A stretch of DNA of 64,000 nucleotides, taken from Selaginella moellendorffii (Eukaryota; Plantae; Lycopodiophyta). Position numbers and translations under genes: made by a program. How positions within the stretch are numbered: position 1 is the stretch's first letter; every line of letters begins with the position of its first letter. This document shows, in pieces, positions 12,294 through 24,420 of this stretch. The notes beneath the pieces are model-generated. The model was not told where the DNA came from, did not search any database, and saw only the letters and a program-made list of their open reading frames with translations. The stretch lies in the NCBI RefSeq assembly GCF_000143415.4, contig NW_003314269.1, positions 1,557,544 to 1,621,543 on the forward strand. Reading direction: 5' to 3'.

Positions 12294-14936
12294 TTACAGC
12301 AGGAAGTCCGGTACCACGGCTGCTCGAGGGGCGAACTTTAACGGACTCTTTGCTCGTTTCCTGTGGTGTTGTCTCTTGGAACGTTGTTTCTCTTGATCCT
12401 GTTGTTGCTGCTCGCCTTGATCCTGCTGCTTCTCACTGTCGAGGCCTTCCTGTGGTACTGCTGTTAAATCTCCTCCTTCCGCAGGGTGTTTCTCCCTTCG
12501 GTGCCTCCGACGGTGGTGGTGGTGGTGCTTTTGAGCAGCATTGCTGGATTCCGGGAGCGAGCCGTCACGGTGGCTCCCGGACTTGTTGTTGAGTAAAACG
12601 TCCCGTATGGCACTGGAGAGAACCGAGTTTTTGAGAGCACCCTTGGACGTCATGGGAACGCTGCCGAAGTCGTTCTCCTCGTCCGTGACCTTGACAACGA
12701 CGGAGCGGGCTTTCGGACGCTTGGGCTTGTTCCACACCAGCAATTCTTCCGCCAGCTTGTAGTTGTCATCAGCGGCTGCCGGTTGCGCCTGTGGAGCCTC
12801 GGCGCCAAGTAGTCCTTCCTCCTGCCTCGTTTCCTTTGGCAAGTAGTACTTTTCGTTCTTCTTCCTGTGCTGCTCCAAAAGGCCGGCACTCTCATCGACG
12901 AATGCAGTGTCCTCTTCCTTTTTGTGTGTGAAAAGCGAGCTCGACTCCGGTAGCAATTCTGTGTCTTGAAGCTGATCGTCACCAAGCACATTCTTGAGCT
13001 CGCTAAGATCGTCGAGCAGCTCGAGGCCATCAGGGACCACCACCCTTTGCTGAGAAAACTGGGACACAGGTCCCAAATCCTTCGCAAAAGCTTCCCGGAT
13101 CCCCGCAAGCACACCTCCAGATCCAGCCTCGTCTTCTATGAAGCTGATAAGCCCAAACAGGTTGCTGGCTCGCTCCTGGACTTCCGTGTCCACGTGACTC
13201 TGCAAACTTCCAGCGTTCTCTCTGATCAACGTTAACATTCTTCCGAGAGGCTCTTGAGCTTGTTCTTCATCCGCAACATTCCCATTTGATTTTATCTCTT
13301 CGTACTCAAACTTATCCACCACCTCTGCGTCGATAGCAGTGTCAGCAGCACTCGCAAAGTGAACCAAAATCTTCAGCACTGCCTGGAGAAAAACAGCTTG
13401 TACTGAAGGTGGAAGCTTCTTCATGCGAGGCTGAAGCAGCGCCTCGACAATCTCAAACAAATCATCCGCCAACTCCACGTACTCCCCTGCTATCCATGCG
13501 GCCGCAGCTAAAACTCTATGAATGTGACTGTTCTCCCAAGTCGACGAATCTATTAGAAAGTCCCGAGCTAGCCTTGAAAGATCCTTCCTCACGCTTTCTA
13601 CTCTAAGCCCGATATCTACAAGCTGCCTCTCTACTTCCTTTCCCTGCTCGAAATTTGGAACTCTAACCAGCTCTCCCAAAACTCCAACGTACCAGGAGAA
13701 ATCCGTGACAAGCTCGTAAAAGGACCTGCTGCACGTTGACAAGATAGAAGACAAGAGCTCGTTGCAAAAGATCTTCTCGGCACTTAGCGCATATCTCATC
13801 AAGATCTGTACAGTGTCGGCAAGGTTGGAGTCCGAGACCATGCTGACGATGAGCCGTAGCGAGGCCATTTGAACGCTGGGATCCACATCGTTCAAGCAGC
13901 TGATAATCACCGACTTGCTCTGCGTGACGAGCTGAGGATAAACCGGCAACAAGTCGAGCACTGCCTGGAGTCCCAAGTACTTGAGATTCGGATCGTCGTC
14001 CTCCCCTTCTCCTCCGTGAGAAGCCGCGAGAATCTCTTGCAGCTTTCCAGCGGCGAGCTCCACCACCTCGGTGTTATCCAAGAGTCCCACCGTTATAGTT
14101 CGTATGCACTCGAGCACAAGAGACTTCGCGCTGGTCCTTCGCATTTGCTCGCAGAGTGGCTCGGCAATCTTCTTCGCTAGCCGGGGCTCGAGCGGCATGA
14201 GAAGTGCAAAGAGTTTGACGAGCTTGATGAGCAGCCAGTTGTTGGTCGATTCCACCAGAAGCCTGTAGAGCTCGGGAGCGAGGAGAAGATATGGCTGGGG
14301 GTCCTGCCGAGCGAGCTCGTGAAGAACACTCACACAAGCCGCCACCACCTGTGAGTCCCGATCGTCGAGCTTCTCCACCAGTCTCTTGAAAGCCACTCTT
14401 ATAGACTCTGGATGCTTGGAGAAAACCTTGAAGAGCACCAGCGTCGCCTTCTTCCGGATGTAGAGCTTGCTACTGCCCAGCATCGTCAGCACGTCCTGCG
14501 TGAGATCCCTGACCAGATCCGGCGTCGCGATCCGCGACAGGCACTCGAGCGCCATGCCGGCCTCAAATTCGTTCTTGCTGGACAGATCCTTCTTGAGGAG
14601 ATTCGTGATGAGCAGCAGCACGTCGGTGGAATCGGTGAAGCTCTGCGACGCAGCCAGGTAGCCGATCTTCTTGTGGGAGAATTTGGGCATGCTCATCACC
14701 TCCACGACCTGGAATGCCGCCCAGGCCATGTCCACGCCGTGGAGAGCGTTCAAGTAGGCGAGCTTGTGGACCGCCGCCGCCTTGATATGTGGATCCGTCG
14801 CCTTGATCTCCTTGCGGATCTCTTCCAGCGCCTTGGCCACGTACCTGGATTCGCCGCTCGCGGCCGCCTGGCTGCGCAACCCCTTGACCAGATCGTCCAG
14901 GCTGCGCTGGAAGAGGTAATCCATCACTGCCGCCAT
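12294..14936 (-). CDS. AP3D: AP-3 complex subunit delta (adaptin), intronless
   Basis: LFQRSLDDLVKGLR, WAAFQVVEVMS, KKIGYLAASQSF, NNWLLIKLVKLF and DPNLKYLGL adaptin-N motifs in a single ~880 aa ORF. Confidence 0.95.
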   Translation of the reverse strand: MAAVMDYLFQRSLDDLVKGLRSQAAASGESRYVAKALEEIRKEIKATDPHIKAAAVHKLAYLNALHGVDMAWAAFQVVEVMSMPKFSHKKIGYLAASQSFTDSTDVLLLITNLLKKDLSSKNEFEAGMALECLSRIATPDLVRDLTQDVLTMLGSSKLYIRKKATLVLFKVFSKHPESIRVAFKRLVEKLDDRDSQVVAACVSVLHELARQDPQPYLLLAPELYRLLVESTNNWLLIKLVKLFALLMPLEPRLAKKIAEPLCEQMRRTSAKSLVLECIRTITVGLLDNTEVVELAAGKLQEILAASHGGEGEDDDPNLKYLGLQAVLDLLPVYPQLVTQSKSVIISCLNDVDPSVQMASLRLIVSMVSDSNLADTVQILMRYALSAEKIFCNELLSSILSTCSRSFYELVTDFSWYVGVLGELVRVPNFEQGKEVERQLVDIGLRVESVRKDLSRLARDFLIDSSTWENSHIHRVLAAAAWIAGEYVELADDLFEIVEALLQPRMKKLPPSVQAVFLQAVLKILVHFASAADTAIDAEVVDKFEYEEIKSNGNVADEEQAQEPLGRMLTLIRENAGSLQSHVDTEVQERASNLFGLISFIEDEAGSGGVLAGIREAFAKDLGPVSQFSQQRVVVPDGLELLDDLSELKNVLGDDQLQDTELLPESSSLFTHKKEEDTAFVDESAGLLEQHRKKNEKYYLPKETRQEEGLLGAEAPQAQPAAADDNYKLAEELLVWNKPKRPKARSVVVKVTDEENDFGSVPMTSKGALKNSVLSSAIRDVLLNNKSGSHRDGSLPESSNAAQKHHHHHRRRHRREKHPAEGGDLTAVPQEGLDSEKQQDQGEQQQQDQEKQRSKRQHHRKRAKSPLKFAPRAAVVPDFLL

Positions 14937-15030
14937 CGCTGCCCTAAAGGGAGCTAGCTCCAAGAAAGAATTATCCCATGGAAGGGCTTTTGAGTAACTT
15001 CGAGAGAATAGTCCTCTCCTCTTTACATCG

Positions 15031-16517
15031 TCACATTATACTTGCGTGTTCTTCTCTCTGTCTTGTTTTCTCTGGTTTCAAGTAAGGCGCGACGTGATCC
15101 AACATTTCTTGATCCGAGATGGAGAGATGATCTCCGGAGAACGTCACGAATTGGATCCTTCCTTGTTCATGGAGTGACTTTAGACCAATCCAGTCTTCCT
15201 TGTATAGAGCAGTCTGATAGGACAGAGAAAAGAATGAAACCAAAGTTTCTGGAATCGAGTGGAGTACCTCTTCCATCGGTAACACTTTCGTTAGATCGTT
15301 GGGAGGAAAGAATCCAAACCAAGCGGTTTCTTGCGGCACCAGGACTGTGTCCTTGTCAAACTGGAAGTTAAAATCGAGCGAGCGTCAGCCATACGGTGGA
15401 TACGATAGGAAGAAAAAACCTTGACAAGGACGAGCTGATTCAAGTCACTGAGACGGTGCTTGAATGTTGCGTTGCGATTCTGGGGAAGCTCGTTATTCAG
15501 CTTTGGAAGGAATACACAGCTCCGATAATAGGACGACAAATCCTGGAAATTTTCGTAAGGAAGCTCATAGTTAAAGGACGCGATGATGGTAGTCACTTGC
15601 AAACCTTGGGCATTTTTATATATCCAGTGGGTGCTAGATGGTTCTGCAAGATGGTTCTGTAAGTGGGAAAAATATTTCTCAGAAACGTAAAGCTGGGAGC
15701 TACCTGAACAAAATCGCTGTAGACACCCATATGAAGGATGATATCGGCCAATGCGCAGAAGGAATAGGCCTGAAAATCAACTCGTCAAGAGGCAACCCGA
15801 ACGAAATGGAAGCTTACGCACTGCGCAAAGAGGCAAAGACGCGATGCCAGCGTGAGGACCACCCAGAGAGACCATATTGTTAACCTGAAGTAGCATACGA
15901 GTCAGTTAGATTACGTCTAGAGTACCATAGCGAACTTACAGGAGGTCCATCACACCATTCAATCAATCCTCTTCCTATCAAGTTTCCCTGTGGAAAACAT
16001 GAACACGGTAATGATAGAGATGTGGTTTCTTCGTTCAGGCTCTACCTGGGAAAGACCAACGATGTTGTAGCCTCCAGCAAGCTCTGGAATAAGTTTGATC
16101 TACAGAAGAGAACTTTGAAAAACGGCTCAAAGTCGCCAGACACAAGTTAAATACCTCCTTACACGCGAGCTCAACTTGCTTGTCAAGGCGCAGAAACCAC
16201 GAATCGCTGGCCCCGTTACCAATTTCGCTAGGAAAACCACTGGGCATCAGCAAAAGTACTAGAGAAACTATGAACTTGAGGACTGACATGCAGTAGCCAG
16301 GAGCTCCACTCATAGTGCCGAGATCAGTAGTGAACTTGGTGATACCGTGGTGCTTGCACTCATCGGAAATTCCTGAGGATTCAAGCAAACTCAATTAACT
16401 TCGCAGATCGCAGCAACGGAACTGACCATGCAAGACGACGAATGGCAAGACTGATGACGCCGCGGGAGAGAGTTGGAGCATCGCCCAAGAGGCCACCAGG
16501 AGCAAGAACTTCATCAT
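15031..16517 (-). CDS. Palmitoyl-protein thioesterase (PPT1-like, signal peptide), multi-exon
   Basis: Hydrophobic N-terminus MMKFLLLVASWAML..., LPFVVLHGISDEC, nucleophile loop VGLSQGNLIGRG, FLPKLNNE, LYKEDWIGLKSL and GDHL. Confidence 0.9.
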
Positions 16518-16602
16518 TTCCGCTCGTAGCTCTAGGGCTTATTTTATAAATAAAAAAAGCCATTTTTGTTGAAGATATGATCGTTGAACTTTCGAGAATC
16601 GT

Positions 16603-17449
16603 CTACTTTGCTGGAGCAGCGGGAGGCGCCGCGGGAGCAGCAGCACCGGGAGCGGCAGCAGCGTCGGCGGGCGCTCCTTCTCCTTCCTTTGGTTTCTCTT
16701 CAACTTTCTTTCGTGGATTGTTGTCTGTCAAGTACTTCGCTAGAAACTCCACTGGATCCACAGGCCTACACACTTTCCATGCACGAATAAGAAGGGCCAT
16801 AACAGAAACTAGAAGCTATACCTCTCAATCACCAAGCGTTGCATTCCTTGCAATAAGAGAGGCACCACTCTCGTTTCCTGCGAATCCACAACGTTGGACG
16901 AAATCATTTTTGAGAAGAATCTCGTCATACCAAGTACTGTCGCACGGGCATAGCCTTGGCTTCGGCCATCTCTTGGTCACTCGGCTGCATGAACACGAAA
17001 GAGTTGTAGAAAGTTTTCTCCGAGACCAGAAAAACAAAAGAAAAAAGAAAGACTTACAGGAGGCGGAGATCCGGACTCCGAGGCCATCAAATTACTCAGC
17101 TGCGTGAGTCCATCAGCAGCGGCAGCAGATGCACCTGGTTGATCGATCGATGAGAAAAACGAATGAAACCAATGAAAACGTCAATAAAGACAAGCAAAAA
17201 CAAGAAACCATAGATCACAACGAAGCTCGAATTATCAGCAATGCAAGAAACCATAGATCGAAATCTGGACAAAGAACAAAGAACCGCTCGAAATATCAAC
17301 AATGCAACCAAAAACAAGAAACTAGATCGAAATTTGGACAAAGAACCTTCTCGCTGCGCCGATCGACAAAGAATCGCTCGAAATATCAATCAATCAATCA
17401 GCACAGAGAAAGATTTCTTGCCTGCAGGTTGCGCGGGGACGGCATCCAT
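16603..17449 (-). CDS. Dpy-30/Sdc1 motif protein, five exons, first intron probably GC-AG
   Basis: Spliced product MDAVPAQPAG ASAAAADGLTQLSNLMASESGSPPP PSDQEMAEAKAMPVRQYL ETRVVPLLLQGMQRLVIER PVDPVEFLAKYLTDNNP... contains the Dpy-30 signature PVRQYL..VVPLLLQG...ERP.DP.EFLA.YL. An alternative start is at 17087. Confidence 0.85.
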
Positions 17450-17701
17450 GGCAGCGGCAGATCAAATCACGAAGAACAGTGAATGCGTGCGCGGAGTAGT
17501 AGATTCCCAGCCGGATCAGCCACAAGGAGCTCCACTGCCCTCGATCGCTCCACCACCACCTCCGCCTCTTCTTTCCCTCCTCGCCGCCCGCTAATGCCCC
17601 CTGCATTGTGCCTCGTGCCCTTTCAGCCCTACACGTCAGACGGATACTCCCTGACACGTCACCAACATACTGCCACGTGGACACGCGAATCTAGGGCTTG
17701 G

Positions 17702-18837
17702 ATGGCGTATTCTCCCGAAAGAGTGTGGGATGCCCCGGGGCGTGGCACGGCGGCTGGGCGCGCCCTCTTTCGCCTCTACAATGGATTCGCCGCCGCCAGG
17801 CAAAAGGGCGAGCAATTCTCGCTGCAAAACAGGCTCGCGATTCTTCGCCGCCTTGCCAACACCTCGCAAGAAGGTCGTGATCTTCTTCTTCTTTTCTAAC
17901 GAGTGATCCTCCATTTCCTTCGCTCGCAGAGAGGGCGGAAGAGCCGGCGCCCGTGAATCGCAAGGTTGCTCTTTGTAAATCCTCCAAGCATTGATCTCAC
18001 AAACCGGAAAAATGGAAGTTTTTCTTGTTGCCTCTTGCGAATTTGATCCTATCAGAGAAATCTCTGAGCTTTGCTGCAGCCCAAGGTGAGAGTGCCCCGG
18101 TTCCGGAGGAGGCCGAGCCCGGAGGACGTGCCGCCTTTTCCAGTGCATGGCTATGGCGGCAAGCGAAAGGCATCCCTTATAATCGAGAAGGCGAGGGAGG
18201 AGTTTGAGAACATATCACTTCCGCCACCTCCAACGAGTAAGTTTTCCCTCTTCTTTGTTTCGTTGCCCACATTCCCATGGTTTTAGAGCCCGTGCTGGAC
18301 GAGAAAGAGAAGCAAAGGCTTCAAACCATCTTCGAGTGGCACGGTCTCCTGGAAGAGGTATGGATCTAGATTTCCAGCGTGGAGAACTTTTGTAGATTCG
18401 AGAGCGCAGGGGGAAGTTCTGGTGGCACCCAAGATCACTCCCGTGCCGCGGATTCGCAAGGGCTCCAGGGAGGAGAAGGAGCAACTCTTGGATCTAAGTA
18501 AGAATCATGGAGTTCTTCTCGTTGTTCTTTCGTCATGTTTGCCTTGGATTGCCAGTTTCCAAGGAGATTGAGGAGCGAGAGGAGTTCTTGCGAGACATGC
18601 AAAAGTACGGCAAAGACGAGGAGTACCGGAGCCAGATCCAAATGGAGATCCACGACGTAAAAAACCATCTTCCTCTCTAGCCTTTGCAATCAAATCTTTC
18701 GTTTCGCGCAGCGAGTCAAGCAGATGAAGCAACTGGACAAGCTCATAACCGCGGAGGAAGAGAGGCGCGCCATGGAATTCCGCGCAAAACAAGAAGAGAA
18801 AGCCAAGAGTGTTTCCTGGAGCGACAACGATCTATAA
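17702..18837 (+). CDS. UPF0193 (EVG1/C22orf23-like) protein, multi-exon
   Basis: Exons give ...VLDEKEKQRLQTIFEW... and ...EIEEREEFLRDMQKYGKDEEYRSQIQMEIH..RVKQMKQLD, matching the recalled UPF0193 C-terminal pattern EIEER.EFL..M...G....Y...I..EI. Confidence 0.7.
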
Positions 18838-18898
18838 ACAAAACGATCCCATTTAAAAAAATTTGACACGTTAGAGAAACCTAAGTTAGGGTTCTAGT

Positions 18899-20176
18899 AT
18901 GTTTCTCTCGTTGTTCTTCCTCGCGATCGTGCTCCTCCGCGCAAATGCCACGGTCGTCATCACGACTCCCACGAATCAGTCCATGCCCTTCTCGGACATG
19001 GAGGCGGGATTCGGTAAGTTCTTCCCGCTCCAAAAGCATCCGTGAATTTGTGGAAATTCTCTCCCAGCTCCTCGCGTCCCGCAAGCCGGGATTTTGGGCC
19101 TCCTCTACCGCGGCAATCCACTGGACGCTTGCGATCCGCTCAAGACCGGGCCGGCTCTAGACCAGAGCCCATTCTCTTCGTTCGTCCTCGTGAAGCGTGG
19201 AGCTTGCCGGTTTGAGAAGAAGGTGCGCAACGCCCAGGACGCTGGATTCTCGGCAGTGATCGTCTACAACGATGAAGATGGCCGCGACCTTGTGATTAGT
19301 AAGTTCTTCCTAGTGGAGCTTCTCGCGAAGATAACATCAGATGTGATCCTTTCATACTTTTTCTTTGCAGTGTCGGGTGATTCGTATGGGATTAAGATCC
19401 CGGCGGTATTTGTCTCCCACGCAGCGGGAAAGGTTCTGTGGAGGTACGCTGGAAATCCACAGACGAGGTGCTTCATTTTCCCGACGCTGGACTACCCGGC
19501 CTGGTCCGTCATGGCGGTGGCTTTCATCTCGCTTCTCGCGGTCACGGCTGTGCTGGCGACGTTCTTCTTCGTGCGGAGGCACCGCTTGCGTCGGCTTGGC
19601 TCGAGGCTGCTGCTGCCGCGAGAGCCTCCGGGACTGACTTCCTCGGAGGTGAGATCGCTGCCGACGTTGGTGTATAGGCGCGCTGGCGATGGTGACGATC
19701 AGGCAGACACTTGCGTGATCTGCATGGAGGAGTACGAGGACGGGCAGAAGCTCCGGGTTCTTCCGTGCCGACACGGTGAGCGAGCGAAAGCTTGGCTTTG
19801 TTTCTTACTGTTGCGTTTGTTCTTCGCAGCTTTCCACGCAGCTTGTGTCGATCAATGGCTCGTGACGAGGAAGCCCTTTTGTCCCGTTTGCAAGAGGGAC
19901 GCGCACGCAAAGTCGGAAGCTCCCACAGCCTCGGAGAGCACTCCACTTCTCACAGCGAGAGCTCCTGCGGCGGTGGCGGTGGCGGTGGTGCCGGCGCAAA
20001 CTTCCGCGTCGCCGCTCCTTCATCACTCGGGATCCCCCATTCCGGTTCCAGCTCCAGCTCCTCCATCAGACACTCTTCTATTTCGGAGCGCGTCGCTGAC
20101 GAATACCGCTCCATCGAGCAGAACAGTTCCAGCAAAAATCATGGCTTCCTCTTGGCCTCGAGGCCTGCAGGCTTAA
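18899..20176 (+). CDS. RMR: RMR protein: signal peptide, PA domain, TM helix, RING-H2 (vacuolar sorting receptor / E3 ligase)
   Basis: Signal peptide MFLSLFFLAIVLL, PA domain LVKRGACRFEKKVRNAQDAGFSAVIVYN, TM segment WSVMAVAFISLLAVTAVLATFFFVRRHR, and RING CVICMEEY...LPCRH.FHAACVDQWL...CPVCK. Confidence 0.92.
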
Positions 20177-22009
20177 AGGCTGCAAAGTGAAGGGAAGAAA
20201 GATGTTTTTCTTTTTTCGTATGGCTCGAGTATGTCTAGTGCTGAAGGGGTCGCAAAAGAGTCGCGACTGTGTCTCCTCCACCATACCGCAAAATGATCGG
20301 CCGGTAAGCCTCAATTCTCTTTGTCTTCCTTCCTCTCATGTTGGTCTTACAGCTTCATCTTTGGCTGCATCTAACCTTTTAATGAGAATAAGATTTGCCC
20401 TGTATATTGTTATGCTTTCGCTTTAGGGGCTGTACGCTCCATTTACAATTGAGAACATTTTAGGGATGGAAGAACTACATTACGGCTTTTATAAAGGTCG
20501 TGAGGGCCCATTAAAATAATGAGCAGTAGTCGTCCTAAGAGTTAATGTGTAGAGTTGTGGCCGCTAGTAGAAATTTTCCAAGCCAGACTCCAATGTAAAA
20601 TCTGAGGAGAGTTCCATGGCGTCCAAGCTCCTGACGTTTTTAGCTTCTGGTATACTTACATTCTAATACCATGATTATCACTGATAATTATTCCACTTGA
20701 AAAATATTGAGATTTTCCAGTAAATACACATTAAAAGACATTCACTTCTAAAAGACTGAGAACAGGCTTTGGACCATTTTTCGTGGTTGTTATCTCCTCT
20801 CCATGCAATTAGAAGCACGAGATATGCCATTACAGTTCTCTCATTGAGATTGTTTTTTTTTATAATAACATTAAAAGGGTAAAGTTACAAGCTAAATGTC
20901 TGGCATTCCAAGTGCATGAATAACAATTACCAAAAAATTTGGTTCAAAACTTATTCAGTCCTAGAAGTTAATGCTTTCACAGGATCTTGTAAACAAAGGA
21001 AAACTTTGTGAGTGTAGTTATAATTCTAAAAATAAATATAATCACACTTTTTAAGGAAGGGGTTATAGAGAGAATTAAAGTGAAACAATATTTTATATTT
21101 TGACATGTAATTTTAAGTGAGGAGTTCAAAACAGAAAGCAAAAATGGAAAAAAGAAGAGGCTTTAGCAAAAAAACCATAAAAATGGATGAAATATCTTTA
21201 AATATGAGTTCAAGGATTATTTAATATAATACATTTAAATGACATTGTGTTTTGTTATAATTTTTTAGTTAAATAAGCCATTTTTATGTTATTATATCAA
21301 CAAAAGCATAAATATTTATATTTTAACTTTTGTGAGGATGTGGGGAATGAGGAGGGGTGAGAAAGTTCCTGGACGTGATTATGAGCAAAAAATAACATTA
21401 ATAAAAACTTTTTGAACATCATCTTCTCCTTGAAGTATATTATGAATTTTCAGTTAGGGATTATTTCCCAGACTTGCCAAATTCCTGGATCTGGTGAAAT
21501 ATCATATGCATTCCCTCAAACTAAAATGGGAATTAAAATATATTATATTATAAAATTCAATTATAAATTATACATTATAACTTATATTTAAAATAAAATA
21601 TAATATCTAATATAAATAAATTAAAGGTTTTATAATTATTATATATTATGAAAATTATATAGGAAAAAACACAAAAAACTTAAATCTTAATATATAAAAA
21701 TATTTAAATCTAAATCTAAATGGTTTCTAAAAAATCCTTAAAAAAAGAGTAAAATAAAAGTTTCATATAATCATACGAAATAATACATTAAGCTAAGACA
21801 TATAAACATAGTCCTATGCTAAATAATACCGTAAATTAATATTAAAATAATTTCTTAAAAAATGTTTCTTTTTATGTGAATCTTGATAATAAAAAGACTA
21901 TGATTCATAACCCCTTTTATAAGTTTTCTAATCAAGTAATAAATTGGTTCGATTCTGAATTTCAAAATAAATAAATATTAAAAAATTACCTATTAATTAA
22001 ACTCTTACT

Positions 22010-23380
22010 AGAATGTTTTTTTATAAACATAAAGACCTAAGAAAAAAAATTTAGTTTCATAATGATCTAATTGGCAAAGAAATTCTTCATTTTTAAATTA
22101 AAAAAATATACAAATATTCTTTTATACTTTTTTATAAAACATGTATGTTAATCATCACCAAGATCCATTTATACTAAAGGTGGCCATTTTCTAGAATTTA
22201 CCAAATGTAACCTCTAAATTAATAAAATGATTCACAAAAGTAAAAATTAATTAATTTCAAAATATTATAAATTATACATTTACTTATATAAAAATGATTT
22301 AATAATAATTATTCTACATTACCAGGATGCTTTCTATATAAACTTCAAGACCTAGGCACAAAATTAAGTTTCATAATGATCTAACTGGCAAAGAAATTCC
22401 TGATTTAATAAAAAATGTATGTTAATCATCACCAAGATTCATCTATACTAAAAGTAGCTATTTTATAGAATTTAACAAGCAATAAAATAATCCACTATAC
22501 TAAAAATTAGTTAATTCTAAAATCTTACGAATTATACATTTGCTTATATATAAAAATGATTTAATATTAATTAGTATACATTACCAGGATGAATGCTATA
22601 TAAACATAAAGACTTAGGGAGAAAATTAAGTTTCATCATGATCTAATTGAGAAAGAAAATTCCTGATTTTAAATTAAAATAAAATATAAATATTTTTAAA
22701 TAATATTTTTTAAAAAAATATATTAAACATCACCAAGATCCATTAGTATTAAAGGTGGCCATTTCCTAGAATTTACCAAGTGTAACATCAAAAGTAATAA
22801 AGTTATTCACAAAAGAAAAAATTTGTTAATTTTTAAAATTAAACAAATATATAAATATATTTGAATAAAATTTTTAAAAATGTATATTAATCATCACCAA
22901 GATCTATTGATACTAAAGGTGGCAATTTTATAGAATTTACCAAGTGTAACCTCTAAAGTAATAAAGTGATTCACAAACGTAAAAATTAATTAATTTTAAA
23001 ATATTATGAATTATACATTTATTTATATATATAAATGATTTATTATTAATTAGTATACATTACTAGAATGATTGCTATACAAACATAAAGACCTAGGGAA
23101 AAAATTGAGTTTCATCATGATCTAATTAGGAAAGAAATTCCTAATTTTTAAATTAAAAAAATATATAAATATTTGAAAAAATGAATGTTAATCATCACCA
23201 AGATCTATTGATACTAAAGGTGGCCATTTCCTAGAATTTATGAAGTGTAATATCTAAAGGTATAAAGCGATTCATAAAAGTAAAAATTAATTAATTATAA
23301 AATATTATAAATTAAACATTTACTTATATATAAGAATGATTTAGTATTAATTAGTCTAATTTATTATAGTTCACTTATTA
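22010..23380. repeat. AT-rich degenerate tandem array, ~4-5 units of ~160-300 bp
   Basis: Block CATCACCAAGAT...TAAAGGTGGCCATTT..TAGAATTTA recurs near 22152, 22426, 22728, 22892 and 23192. Block AAGACCTA...TTTCAT.ATGATCTAA.T..AAAGAAATTCCT recurs near 22031, 22348, 22608 and 23088. Confidence 0.9.
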
Positions 23381-23395
23381 CTCAGATATGGTAAT

Positions 23396-23399
<4 letters not shown>

Positions 23400-23441
<42 letters not shown>
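23400..23441. repeat. (TA)n microsatellite
   Basis: Perfect TA run directly visible. Confidence 0.98.
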
Positions 23442-23445
<4 letters not shown>

Positions 23446-23899
23446 GTTATAAATTGGAAATAAAAACAGTTAGTAGGTAAAGTGAAACTTCTAAAAGGTA
23501 GATGGTGTTTATTTTTCATACTACCTTTTCTTAGAGTGATAATTTTCTTTATTTATTTAATTTATTTAAAATAAAATAATAATAAATTTCTAAGCTATTT
23601 TTGATATACTATTAAATAAATTATGAGATCAAAGGGAAGAATAAAAATACTTTTCTATCCAGGCATTAGCATTATAATCTTTACTACTCAATCATTTTAT
23701 CGTAACACACACCCTACTGTGGGAAAAAAACTACAATAATAGAGGAACTTAAAAACCATCATAAATTAATCACTACAACCATAAGGACAGTCACAAAGGA
23801 TGAGGTTGATGACATTAAATACTAATGAGATTAGACAATAAATGATTATGGCAATTGTCACCACAACACATTTAAATCTTTGTAACTTTGTCATGGTGA

Positions 23900-24420
23900 T
23901 GTGCTAGAACCAACCAACTACAAGGAAACATTAGATATAACTATTAAGATGCATTTCAATGATAATTTACAAAAAATGAACACAAAAAATCTAAATTTAT
24001 GTTTAGCAAGGGAATCAAATTAAGAGGGATATATAAAAAGGGGAAATTTAAAAGGAGTTTTTCTAAGAATGAATCCTTAAAGTTCTAAAAAGGCAAATTC
24101 AATGGTTAAAGAGCAAATACATTGGAGAGTCAAATGAAAAATGACAAACCCACTAATAAAAAAACAAAATTTACTAGTAATATGGGGAATAATATATGTT
24201 ACAATTGCAGAGAAAAAGGACACTTCTTGAGAGAATGTCTCTACTCAATGAAGGCCAAAGTCAATATAGCCATTAAATCAGGTGAAATAAAAATTAAGAT
24301 ATGTAATCCTGTCCATAGCTCAAAATTTTTCATTATATGAGCAACTTTAGTAAAGAGTTATTTATGACATTTATTAACCCTTCGAGGGAAAATTGAAAGT
24401 AGCTTTATTAGAATCTTTAT
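23900..24420 (+). mobile_element. Decayed LTR-retrotransposon gag remnant (zinc knuckle)
   Basis: CYNCREKGHFLREC is a CX2CX4HX4C knuckle in a short ORF within stop-riddled AT-rich DNA. The boundaries are uncertain. Confidence 0.6.

Noticed and set aside
20590-20850. Possible small secreted peptide gene (MASKLLTFLAS...)
   Set aside because: No convincing second exon or motif, so it cannot be supported.
22010-23380. Possible CRISPR-like array
   Set aside because: Units are long, degenerate and lack unique spacers. The context is eukaryotic with no cas genes, and amplified exon fossils explain it better.
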